DNA from: the human T2T-CHM13v2.0 reference genome, Homo sapiens
DNA length: 64,000 nucleotides
Assembly: GCF_009914755.1 (NCBI RefSeq)
Contig: NC_060936.1
Reading direction: 5' to 3' (one strand)
Position numbers and translations under genes: made by a program
Shown here: in pieces, positions 21,188 to 40,221 of the stretch
Position numbering within the stretch: the stretch's first letter is position 1
Layout of the letters: the number at the start of each line of letters is the position of its first letter
Notes under the pieces: generated by a model
The model's database searches: none
What the model saw: only the letters and a program-made list of their open reading frames with translations
What the model was told of the DNA's origin: nothing

Positions 21188-21256
21188 GCTCCTGTGCCTA
21201 TGGAGTAGCCACTCATTTATTCCTTTACTTTCTTAACAAACTTGCTTTCATTTAAA
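21188..21256 (+). mobile_element. Short MER41-like LTR R-region fragment inside an Alu linker
   Basis: cctatggagtagccactcatttattcctttactttcttaacaaacttgctttca resembles the MER41 polyadenylation region. Confidence 0.65.
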
Positions 21257-21268
21257 ACAAACAAACTA

Positions 21269-21442
<174 letters not shown>

Positions 21443-21671
21443 TCATTCCATAATATATGTACAGTCTGAGAGCACGTGGTAGCTCACACCTGTAATCCCA
21501 GCACTTTGGGAGGCTGAGAAGGGTGGATCACTTGAGGCCAGGAGTTTGAAAACAGCCTGCCCAACATGGTGAAGCCCTGTCTCTACTAAAAAATACAAAA
21601 ATCAGTCGGGCGTCGTGGCACATGCCTATAATCCCAGCTACTCAGGAGGCTGAGGCAGGAGAATTGCTTGA

Positions 21672-22181
<510 letters not shown>

Positions 22182-22240
22182 TGATTCTAATCATATATCT
22201 CCCTTGCTTAAAATCCTTAATGACTTCAACTTGCCTTCTA

Positions 22241-22588
<348 letters not shown>

Positions 22589-22759
22589 CTAGGCTGCTTT
22601 TGCTCGCCCTTCTAGCTGCACTGCCCAACCCTCGTTTGCAGTTCCTCCACGCACCTGGCTACCATTTCCACCTGGGGCCTTCAACCTTCCCTGTGCGCCA
22701 GCACTCTCCGGAACTTCCCGAACTTCCAGTGCCTCTTCACCAGGATAAGTTCTACTCAC

Positions 22760-22930
22760 CCTCTAGACAGTTTAAACTTAAACGCTGATGCCTGGGTCCG
22801 TGCCTTTGGCATAAACTCCCGCAGCACTGTGTTCTCTCCCTTTCATACTCCTGATTTGTTTAGGCTTCCTGGTTCTTCCAGTCACTGTTACACGGCCTTT
22901 CACAGGTCAGCTGTGGCTTGACTTGCTCAT
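22760..22930 (-). other. RACGAP1: Candidate 171-nt internal exon of distal-promoter RACGAP1 transcripts
   Basis: attatttccatttatag|ATGAGCAAG...CTAGAGG|gtgagt. The acceptor comes from an antisense MIR core and the donor is consensus. Confidence 0.55.
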
Positions 22931-23598
22931 CTATAAATGGAAATAATAATAATAATAATACTGCACTTTGGGAGGCCAAGGAGGGTGGATCACAAGGTCA
23001 GGAGTTCAAGACCAGCCTGGCCAACATGATGAAACCCCATCGCTACTAAAAATACAAAAATTAGCCTGGTGTGGTGGCACGTGCCTGTAGTCCCAGCTAC
23101 TTGGGAGGCTGAGGCAGGAGAATTGCTTAACCTGGGAGGCAGAGGTTGCAGTGAGCCAAGATTGTGTCACAGCACTCCAGCCTGGGTGACACAGCGAGAC
23201 TCTGTCTCAAAAATAAATAATAATAATAATAATAATAATAGTTATTTCCTAGGGTTGTCGAGAGGAATAAATGAGTTATCCTTATAAAACACTTAGCACA
23301 GTTCCTGGCCCACTGTAAACACTCTGCAATGCCTATTTTCCCTACTAGACTATGAACTTCCAGAGAAGAAGGGATGGTACTCCTTCCATGTACTAGTCTT
23401 GCTTTTGCAGCTCCAATAAATAGCTGTGTAATGGAGGTGAGTTAAGTTCAATAGGACGGTGTCCCAAATAATGGATGGGGGTTGGAGATGCTGTCTCTCT
23501 TACACCTGCCTCTACCCAAAATACCACCCACCCTTCCAATTCCTCTCAATCTCCTTCCCTGCTGCACCCGCCCCAGCGAGAAGGCAGCAAAGGAAAAG

Positions 23599-23603
<5 letters not shown>

Positions 23604-23630
<27 letters not shown>
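23604..23630 (+). repeat. (TG)n microsatellite
   Basis: Direct reading. Confidence 0.95.
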
Positions 23631-23633
<3 letters not shown>

Positions 23634-23829
23634 GCGGGGTGGCGTGGGGGCACGGGTTCCTAACTCCCTTTCTTCCCAAACTGTAGCTTCCAGAGTAGGG
23701 AGGGATCCTGGGGCTGCACTTGTAACCGGAGAAGCTTGAGAGCTTTGAGAGCTGGTGCCAGAAAGCTTGGGTTCGATTCCCCGCTCTGCCACCTAGGAGA
23801 GGTGCAGTATCCGGTTATTTAATCTCCCA

Positions 23830-24400
23830 TGTCCGGCGAGACGCGCGCTCTGAGTGCTTCCGAGGTGCGGGAGAGGTCAGGCTGGAACGCGCCTGTTATC
23901 CCGCGCGGGGGCGGCAAGCGGGGGCGCCCCCCTCCCACGCGCTCCCCCGCGCCCAGGCACCAATGATGGGGTTGGTGCTGATAGGTGGTTGCGGGTGACC
24001 TCCCGAGCGCGCCCGTACCCCACCGGCCCTCACCTCCCCAGGGGCGGCCGCCTGATCCGATGTCCCGACAGGCGAACTGTCATCGACGATCCCTGGACGC
24101 GGGCGTCGGGGGCAGGGAGGCTTGGCTAGGTCCCTGGCTGCCAACCGTCTGGCCACAGCCCGATGCGTGTCTTCATTCTCTCGCCTTCGCTGGGTTCCGC
24201 CTCCCATGGCCTTCTCACTTGCCCTCTGGAGGTCTGGCTCCCTACCTCCCATCCAGGATTATCGTTCCCCCTGTGAATTACACCAAGAAGCTTTGAGCCC
24301 TTCTGCCTTCCAGGCTGTGCGCTAAGCCCAGGGGCGGGGGTGGGGCGATGCGGGGTGCAAGGCCAGGGCCTGCAGCGCAGAGTGCGGAGGTGGGGGCTGT
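23830..24400 (-). promoter_or_regulatory. Second CpG island, probable distal RACGAP1 promoter; first exon ~24034-24180
   Basis: Dense CpG, GC box GGGGCGGGG at 24331-24339, minus-strand donor GAG|gtgagg with exon end at 24034. Confidence 0.65.
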
Positions 24401-24614
24401 GTTCTGGGGGTCCAGGGAGGGAGGGCCCACCTCTGGCTGGGACTCAAGACTGTCAAAGAAGAGACCTCTGAGCTGAGCTTTGAAGGATGAATAGGACCCC
24501 AACAGGGAGGAGGCTGGGGACTGAAGTAGGCAGGAAGTGCTGAGAGAAATAGGGAAGTCAGTCCAGCCTGACTGGAGTGAGAGGATCTTGGCTGGGGGGC
24601 GGGTAAGGCTGGGA

Positions 24615-24965
<351 letters not shown>

Positions 24966-25318
24966 TGAATGACAGGCCAGATAAATTCAGTGTAATTCCT
25001 GAGGGACTAGTGAGCCATTGAAGGTTTTCTTCCTATTTCTCTAAGAGAAACAATAAGCACAGTGGGTAAACACACAGGCCTGGAGTTATTTTGGCCCTGG
25101 GTGAAGGTCTACTTCCACCATTTATGACCTGTGTAGTGGGCAACTTAACTTCTCTGTCCCTCCATTTCCACATCTATTAAATGGGGATGATAATAATAGT
25201 GTAAAGCACTGTTGGGAGCAATAAATGGGTGTTTGCAAAGCTCTTAGCACAGTGCCTGCCACATAGTAACTCCATGAGTATTACTTATAATTATTTTGTA
25301 TCCCTCTGTCTTCCTCTC

Positions 25319-25917
25319 TGTAGAAAGTAAAAAGTTCCTCTTCAAAGTTTCCCTTCTTGTTAAAAAAATAATGTTAGAAATAATAGTTTATTTTAAAGAC
25401 TAACTTGCTTTAAGCCTCCTTATTTTATGGTAATAACTCTTTGTTGGGCCCTATCCTATGTAGCTGTTAAACACACTCACAGGCATATAGTACATTCTAT
25501 GTCCTTGTACCTTAAACCAAAATATTTGTGCTGGACATGCTCACAGGCAGGTACCAGCTCGCAGCCTATGCCCCTTCCCTGTTTGGCATAAGCAACTTCC
25601 TCTTTTCCTTTATCCTTCCATTACTTTTACCTATTTAGAAAAGTTTTAAACTGCTAGCCAATCGGGTTTTAAATTGTGCAGTCTGGCTCCAGCCAATGGA
25701 GACAAGACAGTAGCAGGGAAAAACTGCATAAGGAATAAAAATTGCTTCCCTCTTTTGTTCAAATGTGCTCTTGCCATTGTTCCATCTGCGATGAGCACCC
25801 TTTCTGCAGAAAGTAAAAACGGCTTTGCTAAGAGAATTAAATTTATGTTTAAGTGCTGTTTCTCTGTGACACCAGGGAACAAGCATTTTATTTCTAAATA
25901 AGCATTTACATATAACA
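25319..25917 (+). mobile_element. Solo ERV1 LTR, LTR10 (HERV-I) family
   Basis: TG...CA termini (TGTAGAAAGTAAAAAGTTCCTCTTCAAAG ... TATAACA), ~600 bp, near-TSD ctctc/ttctc, two CCAAT boxes, p53 half-site GGACATGCTC. Subfamily by recollection. Confidence 0.75.
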
Positions 25918-26298
25918 TTCTCTGTTTCTTTCCCCTTTTTTTTTGATGTTCTCTCTCTCTCTCATCAAAAAAAAAAAAAAAAATCAAAAACAATGTTTCC
26001 CTGCCCCATGCCTAGGAATCACCCTTTCACACTCAATAAAGTGTTGAACTAAATCAAACTGTAATAGACAAAGCAAGACTCTGTTTCAAAAAATACAAAA
26101 CAAAACAAACCACCCACAAAACAACAATAACAACAAAACTCTAATAGGAACAAATAGAAACAAGTCCCCCTTTAGAAACACGCCTGTGTCTCTCCTGGGT
26201 GTCCAGGCTCTGGGGAGCCCTGCTTGGAGGAGGGGATATAGTTATTGACATGCTGAACTCATCTCTACTAGAGTCCAACCTCTTTGAAAACAGAGACC

Positions 26299-26935
<637 letters not shown>

Positions 26936-27012
26936 GAGACCGTAGCTTATTCACCCCAGCCTGTCCCCTGCCGAACAATGTGTCTGACTCACAGTAAGTC
27001 CCTGTTCTATAC

Positions 27013-27200
27013 CAGTGCTTCTCAAACCTTAGCGTGCATCAAAATCCCCTGGAGAGCTTGGTAACATACAGATTGCTGGGACCCATCATGGAGTTCCTCA
27101 TTCCATCCGTCTTCCATGGGCCCCAAGAATTTTCATTTTGAATGCATTCCTAGATGATGCTGATGTTGCAGATCTGGGAACCACATTTGGAACCACCGCT
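27013..27200 (+). mobile_element. MER5A (hAT MITE)
   Basis: cagtgcttctcaaacct...gcatcaaaatcccctggagagc...gggaaccacatttggaaccaccg; degenerate 8-bp TSD ttctatac/ctctataa. Confidence 0.8.
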
Positions 27201-27800
27201 CTATAACAACATGTTGAATGGCTGTATCTGAGACGGTAAAGTAGCCTCACCGTCCCCTTCCCAAGCTCAGCTGGTCATCAGCATTGAAAATACAGGTCCA
27301 AAGCTGAGAATCATGAGGTGTAGGACTCAGAGATTTTCCAAAAATCATCTTCCCAGGTGATTCTTATGTGCAAATAGGTTTGGTATTCTACTGCCACGCA
27401 CAGTCCTGTACTCTGCCCGCCTCAGCTAACTCCTGCTTCAAGCAAAGCCCACTGCCTGTCTGCACTTTATTCAGGGCACACCTTGCTGCTCTGGGTTCAA
27501 GATGGCTGGAACTATAGAGGAATGGGCTGCCAAGAGTGAGAGGAAGTAGCTGGTTCTAAAAAGCAGACCAGAGATTTACGTAAATTGTAACAAGTGCCAC
27601 TTCTACTAACTGTTAATTCTGAAAGACAAGCCAGGAGCTAGTTCTCCCTAGTCTGACCTGGAGTCAAATTCAGCTCTCTTCCTCCCTATTAAACTTCCCT
27701 CCGTTTCTGTTACACTCTGCTTCTTTTACCTCCAGTGTGAAATGAGAATAACATAACCTACTTCACAGGGTTGAGCTGAAGATTAAATAAGAGGTTATGG

Positions 27801-30348
<2,548 letters not shown>

Positions 30349-30458
30349 TTAAGTTAAAAAAATAAAAGAATAAAAAGGTTGGAAGCCCCTAGTGTAGATA
30401 TCCTCTAAAGGCCTTATCAGCTGCCATCCTCCGCAGCCACCTGGGAGAAAGGACTTTG

Positions 30459-30476
30459 GGCCACCAGGGGGCGCTG
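30459..30476 (+). promoter_or_regulatory. CTCF binding motif
   Basis: GGCCACCAGGGGGCGCTG matches the CTCF core consensus (CCACCAGGGGGCGC) exactly, in unique sequence. Confidence 0.85.
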
Positions 30477-31362
30477 CAGCCCTTGTGCAACGTGGAAGCT
30501 GAGGCCCATGGTGAACAGGCTCTAAACAGAGAGAGGGGTGAGGTCAAGCTTCTGGCCCAGGCTCTATAGACCACAGTTGAGACCTGTTAGACCTAAGTAC
30601 TCTGTAAGGGAGGTGTCTCTCCAGAGCTGGGGGAGGTAAGGGGCCCAGGGTGGGGTGACCTGTCCCAGGTCCGCTGCACTGGACTCACACCTGCATGGGG
30701 GCTCCTGTGGCAGCCAGTAGTCATTCCTGTCTGGTTGGACCTTGGAGGCGTAGAAACAGAGAATTTCTCAAATTCCACCTCAGCTATCCTCAGACAAGAG
30801 GGACTGAGAGGAGGAAATGTTCCTACAAGGCAGGATGGCTATCCCAAGTGAGTGGCTTCCCATGGACCTCGCAAGTGCAGGGAATGGATGGAGACCTATG
30901 GAGTCAGGGAAGCCATTCTGAAAGTGGGGCTGGGGACAATCAGAGGAGAGAAGGAAGATCATGCCAGGCAGGGGGGTCTGTCTAGAAAGGTAACAATTCT
31001 GAGATCTTTGCTGACATGCAGGGCCTGCCTTGCCCAGCAGTAGAAGGCAGCAGCTCACTGCCAGAAGGGAGGACTGGGAGGCCAGAACCCTCCTTCCACT
31101 CCCTTCCCTCCCCTGCTGAATCCCGGGCAGAGCTCCACCCAGCTCAGACACTCCAGCCAGGACTTTCTCCCTGGGAAGGGCCAGAGAGCCTCAAAGGGAC
31201 AAGGCAGCTCACACCCGCCCCTACCCACCGCCAGAGGCTGAGGCCCTCTCCACTCATAAACCATCAGGACCCAGAAAACTTTCGGGCCCAACCCGAAGAT
31301 ACACTCAGACAAAGGGATGCCCACCATGATGGGGCACAGGGACTCTACCCTACCTTGGGAGA

Positions 31363-31374
31363 GACAGACAGACA

Positions 31375-31409
<35 letters not shown>

Positions 31410-31420
31410 GCACGCACACA
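31363..31420 (+). repeat. Compound (GACA)/(CA)n/(CACG) microsatellite
   Basis: Direct reading. Confidence 0.95.
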
Positions 31421-33993
31421 TGCTCAGGGCTGATTTTAGCAGAACAAATGAAGTAGAATCCAGGGCCTCTGGCCTCCCAGCTTCTCAGGCGGAGCACTGG
31501 ACTCTGCCTGTCTCACTCCTGCTCTGGAGGTGCCACCCTTCCCCTTCCCAGCCAAGCCCTACTCATCTGCTCTTCCCTTCTCATGGACCCCAGCTGGCTC
31601 TGAGCTTCTAATTCTTTCCCACAACCCCTCTGCCCTATCTGCCCCTCCACCCCTTGCCTGGGCTCTGGGCACCATCCCTGTCCCCCAGGCCAAGTGCCTC
31701 CCAGGACTCTTCCACCCACCCTCCCACACCTCTGATTCTCCCACAATGCCTGTCTGAGGTTTCCCAAGTGAGTGCTTCCCAGCAGAGAAGGCCAGAAGGA
31801 GAGGCAGGCAAAAGAGCAGGGCCATTCATGTTGGCAAGGCTTCCCTGGATGGCAGAGGACAGCGGGACAGGCAGGCAGGCCAGCCACTCTGGAGAGGGTG
31901 CACACACACAACCTACCCCTCTTCTCAACAGGATAGTCTCCCAAGCTTGGAATTTTGGCTCCAGCATCCACCCCCACACACCCACACACACCCAGCCTGG
32001 TCTGTTTCTCTGGGGCCCCAGGGCCTGCTTCCTTACTGCCTACCAAGCTTTTCCCATCTGCTTTCCCAGGGAAACCCTCGGGGAACGCAGAGGAACTGAC
32101 TTCCTCCAAATTCGAAGTATCTTCCAGCCTTCTAGAGACGAGGCCATATGAAACCTGGAATCGTTGTGGCTGCCCCATTTACAGCCCAACCCCTGCTCCT
32201 CCCTCCCATCTCATTCCTCCTGTTCCTCCGTGCTTCCCTCCTGCCTCTGTGAAGCCTTCAAGGCTGGGAGGGAGGTCAGAATGGAGCCCATCCTGGCAAA
32301 ATGAGAAAAGATTAGAGCAATACATTTGCTGTCAATGGCAGTAAGCCTGCCTGAGCAGGGGAGGAGGAATATTTGATTTCAGACTCTCCGGGGGTCTTGA
32401 TGGAAGAGCACTGGCAGCCTGCAGCCCCAGGCCTGACAGAGTGAGGAGGGCTGGTCCCAGGCCCTGCCACCTGGGGACCCTGGTGTCCCAACCCTCCCAT
32501 CTCTATATCGACCCCATCCTCCGCAGTCACCAGCAGAGCCCAAGCTCCTTCCTCCTCCCTTCCCCTCCTTTCTCCCTCTCAACTGCCAAACTTGTTTCCC
32601 CACAGCAGTTTTTCTACCCAGTGCAGGGTGATGGAACAGAAAGAACACTGCTCTGGGGGCTGGAGAGGAGGCCTGGGTTCTAACCCCCCTACCGCTTCCA
32701 AGTGCAGGGATTTTGTGCAAGTCACTGAGCCTCTCTAAGCCTTGGGGCAGTGCGGGTGAGGGAGAGAACAACGGCATTCGGCATCCCTAGACCCTAGCGG
32801 AGGCTCAGCCACTCGCTGCTTCACTGGTCTTGGGCAACATCATTTAACCTCTCTGAGCTCCGGTTTATTCATCTATAAAATGCGGGTGACACAAATATAA
32901 GGCCTGCGTCCTAAGGTGATAGTGAGTATCAACAAAGCCGGAGATATGAAAGTTGTAAACAATTGTGCCAATAGCATTGTCCTGTTACAAGACAATGGGA
33001 TTCCTGGTGCGTTCCCTGACTGAAGGCTGGTCCTGGACATGGCTCCACAGGGTTCCTTCTTGTCTTAGGATCCCAGTTCTGGTCCCTGCCCTCCCGAAGT
33101 GGGGTGAGGACACAGTCTGTCTGGGAAAGGAGATAAGGCAGTTTCTTGGACAAACAATCCTGAACTGAGAGGAGTAGCTGTCAACTCTCCTCAGACCAAT
33201 CCAGAAAGACATTCTGAAGAGGGAGGTTTGAGAGGCAGTTGGTCAATAGTGTCTCCTTCCTAACTCCTCCTACCCTTATGTCCTCCTGTGAATGGTGCGC
33301 CCCGGAGTGGTGCAGGGTGGCAGGCTTGCCTGAATACAGAACGAGACAACTTCCACCCAGCCTCCAGTGAGTGGACAAGGTGATGGAGAGGAGACGGTGG
33401 AGGGAGGCTAGGGGATGGAGTTAATATTTATTACCAGGCTGCCATGTGCCAAGCACCATGCAGATATAGGAAGTGTTTTTCATATATCTGGCCCATACTA
33501 CAGCCTGAGAGGTAGGTATAGTGGATGTGGCCGTTGAATAATTGCCCGTTGTTACCAGCTGGAAGGAACCGAGACTCAGGTTGGATGGATCCCATCACTC
33601 CACACTGCCTCCCATTGGAGCAGAGGGTTGGAGGCCTCAGCCCCAGGCCTGTCTCCCCATCCCTGAGCTAAAAACTGGACAGATCTGTAAATTACTCTAA
33701 ACCATAGTTTTCTCATCTGTTAAAGAGGATGGCACAGAGAATGCTCTGGGAAGTATAGAGTCATGCACAAACTTACAATGCATTATACCTTCATATGCTT
33801 CTTTTCTGGTTCCAACCTCAACTCTCACTGCTCTCCTGCTTGGCCTTCCTTCTGGTTAGATCTCCTCACTTCATTTTTCACATGAACCATCAGGCTGACT
33901 CATGTCTTCCCCTTCCTCCTCTGCCTATCCAGATCTCTTTGATCCCCTGTATTTGAGGTCCCCTCCTCCGTGAAGCCTTCCCTCCCACTCTGA

Positions 33994-34344
<351 letters not shown>

Positions 34345-34657
34345 TGAATGTGTTCTAATCTCTTAACTAGAGTCCCCAGCTGATTCTCTGAGGGCACAGA
34401 CTGTCTTTTGCCTCTTCATAACCTTAGGGCTTACATAAGGTCTGGGACGTATTGGATACTAGGATGAATTTTGCAGCTACTGGTGATGATTGTGGTCATG
34501 ATGCTCATGATAGAATGAATCCACATTTGAGTATAAAGTAGTGGTGGTGATGGCTATGATGGCAGTTTTGGTGGTGAGTTTGAGAGCATGGTAGTGTTGG
34601 GAGTGGTAATGGTGATACTGATGATGTGAATTTGAAGATGACTGTGGCGATGGTGGC

Positions 34658-35238
34658 TGTATTAGTTACATATTGCTGCATAACAAATTACCCCCAAAAC
34701 TTAGGAGCTCAAAACAGCATACATTTATTACCTTGCAGTTTACATAGATTAGAAATTGGAGCATGGCTTAGGGCTGGGTGCCTCTGGCTCAGGGGTTCTC
34801 ACAAAGCTGCTACCAAGGTGTCAGCAGGGGCTGCAGCCTCATCTGTTGTGTCGACTGGAAGCAACCTTCTTCCAAGTTCACACACATGATTGTTGGCAGG
34901 ATTCATTTCATTTTAGGCTCTTGGACCTTGATGAGTGTTGGCCTGGGGTCTTCCTCAGTTCCTTGCCATGTGGGCTTCTTCGTGGGGTAGCTGACAGCAT
35001 GGCAGCTGGCTTTCCTCAGTGCAAGTGAGAGAGTAACCAAGACGGAAGCCACAGTGTTTTTGTAGCCTAATCGTGAAGTGACATCCCGTCACCTCTGCTG
35101 AAGTCTATTCACTAGAAGTGAGTCATTAAATACAACCCACACTCAAAGGGATAGGATTGCATGAATGCCATGCAATGAAGGGCATGAATGCCAGGAGGCA
35201 GGGGTCACTGAGAGCCATCTTAGAGGCTGCCTACCACA
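34658..35238 (-). mobile_element. MaLR solo LTR (MLT1F-type)
   Basis: Minus strand begins TGTGGTAGGCAGCCTCTAAGATGGC and ends TAACTAATACA; near-TSD gtggc/atggc; inserted into a (GRT)n low-complexity tract. Confidence 0.82.
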
Positions 35239-35913
35239 ATGGCGATGGTGGTGATGACGACAGTAGAGAAGTTGGAGAGTGGTGATTAGATCAGGGATGC
35301 TAGGGTATTTGAGAGTGAAAGCATTGGTGGCCTATTAGAATTGAAAAGTGGTTCCTTCACACTGGATCTGAGCAGGGGCATTCAGTTGGCCCGAGCCAGA
35401 TATATGAGACCCACTCTTCCCCACAATGTTCCAGCCCCATTCCAGGTCCAGGCCCACATCCATTCCCCTAGAGTCCTCGCTACTCATTGCTTTCTCTGCC
35501 AACCACTCTCACTCCAGGCTGCTCTTCCTCTTTAGACAATTAATGAGCTAAGTAATGGCCAAATGGAGAGCAATTACCTCCAGCAGTCCAAGGGGGATGG
35601 GGAAAGAGTGGTCAGAGGCCCAGGGGGGATGGAGAGGTGCTGCCAGTTTGGGGGCTGGACTGTGGATCCTTCAACTTGGATAAAGCCATCTACCCTATTC
35701 TATACTGAACCCCATGTCCTTGGTCTACCACACCGCTGTAGACACCGCCCACCCCACCATCACTTTATCTTCCCTCTCTCAGTCCTTCACATAGGGTTTA
35801 GATCAGAGCTTCACTGAGCCCATGGGAGCCCATGGGAGCCCATCCACTCCAGCCCCGGCCTCCATCTCCTACCTCTAATCTCTCCCTACTTCTGATGATC
35901 TTCTATTTCTTGA

Positions 35914-38120
<2,207 letters not shown>

Positions 38121-39539
38121 TTCTATAATTCTGCTTCCCAGGAAAAGGGTGGAGGTTGAGCAGAAGGTGCTAGCTGCACTAGAAAGCTGAGGGCCACATG
38201 GTTAAGACAGTAGTTTCGTTTTGCAAAGGAGAGTCAAGCCTAGTCACAACAGGGTACCTTTTTTCTGTGCATTGTAGGAACCTAGGGCCACCCCAACCTT
38301 CCTTTTCTGCACCTGGCCAGGCCCCAAGTACATGAACTTAAAATTGCCAGCTTCCCCTCACACTCATCAGTGCGTCCAGTCAGCCACCATCTGCAATTTC
38401 CCCTAAGATATCCCTTTGTTTCATCAACCACTAAGACCTACAGCCCAGGTGTGTCCCAGGAGACATTCTAACACACCCAGATGGTTCCCACCTAGTTCAG
38501 GCCTTCACCACCTCCCTCCTGGGCCTCTGTAACACACTCCTGGGCCTCTGTAACTGTTCCCTTGCCTCCCACCCTCTCAGCCTAAGGGACATTCCTCCTC
38601 TCCTGTTCTTCTCCCATGTCTTTGGCCAATCTTTCTCAGGTCCCTTTGTCTTTCAGCCTCTTATCTGCGTCCGCTTTCTGTTTACCCCTTAAATTTTGAT
38701 GAAACCCCGAAGGTTTCCTCCTTGACCGCTTGTACTAGTAACATAACAAAAGCCAAAACAACTAGGACTTAATGGTGCTTATAAGGTACAAAGGACTTCA
38801 CGTGTTTTCATTTGATTCTATGAGGTAAGCTATTATCCCCCATTTAATAGAAGTCAATTTTGCCTTCATGGAGTGTCTGAAAACTGTCATTTCCTTTTTA
38901 TTTCCATTGCCACTGCCCTAATTCAAGCTCTTAATACCACGTCTTAGACCCTTGCTTCAGCACCCTAGCTGACAATATTGTAGGTCTTAGTGGTTGATGA
39001 GAAGGAAGGGATGTAGTTCCAGTTATCCAATTGACCAAGGGCTTTCGACTTAAGTGAACCAGACCAGGCTCCACTGAGAACAGTGGTTACGTGGTGGGCT
39101 GTGCTGTAAAGATAAGGTACTCAAAACTAGAATTATTTGGAGAAAAGATTAGGGTCACACGCACACAAAACTAGAACCTATGATTGGTCTGAGCATAAAG
39201 AGGACAATTTCTGATGAAATAGGTGAAGAGCTGCATAATGAACTCCCCGAAAAATCTCCTTGGAAGCCCCACCCTGCCAGGATTTGTGTGCCCGGTCCCA
39301 AACCATCTCCAATCAACTCCTTCTGCAGCCTCAGCCTGTTGGAGAAGGTAAATCTCTACTCCCTAGTTTAAGTCACAAAAAATCCTATCTCTGAAAAGAA
39401 AAAAGAATAAAAATAAAGAACATAATATTAGAAATATTAAACAGAGAAATTTAAATTCATAATGGGTGGGTGGATTTTTTTTGCAATAATTGTATTGTAT
39501 GTTTCGTCTGCTTTTAAAGGTGTTTAAACCTTATAAGCG

Positions 39540-40221
<682 letters not shown>

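Noticed and set aside
23745-23795. Possible tRNA gene (GGTTCGATTCC)
   Set aside because: No cloverleaf or acceptor stem; flanks follow the MIR consensus.
31513-32178. 221-aa minus-strand ORF
   Set aside because: No domain or coherent exon structure; overlapping ORFs in many frames indicate GC-driven openness.
35817-35843. Short tandem (GAGCCCATGG)x2.7
   Set aside because: Ordinary slippage repeat with no functional cue.
38957-38975. REST/RE1 site near a neuronal gene (TTCAGCACC)
   Set aside because: Only a left half-site; no GGACAG right half at canonical spacing. No full RE1 was seen by eye.
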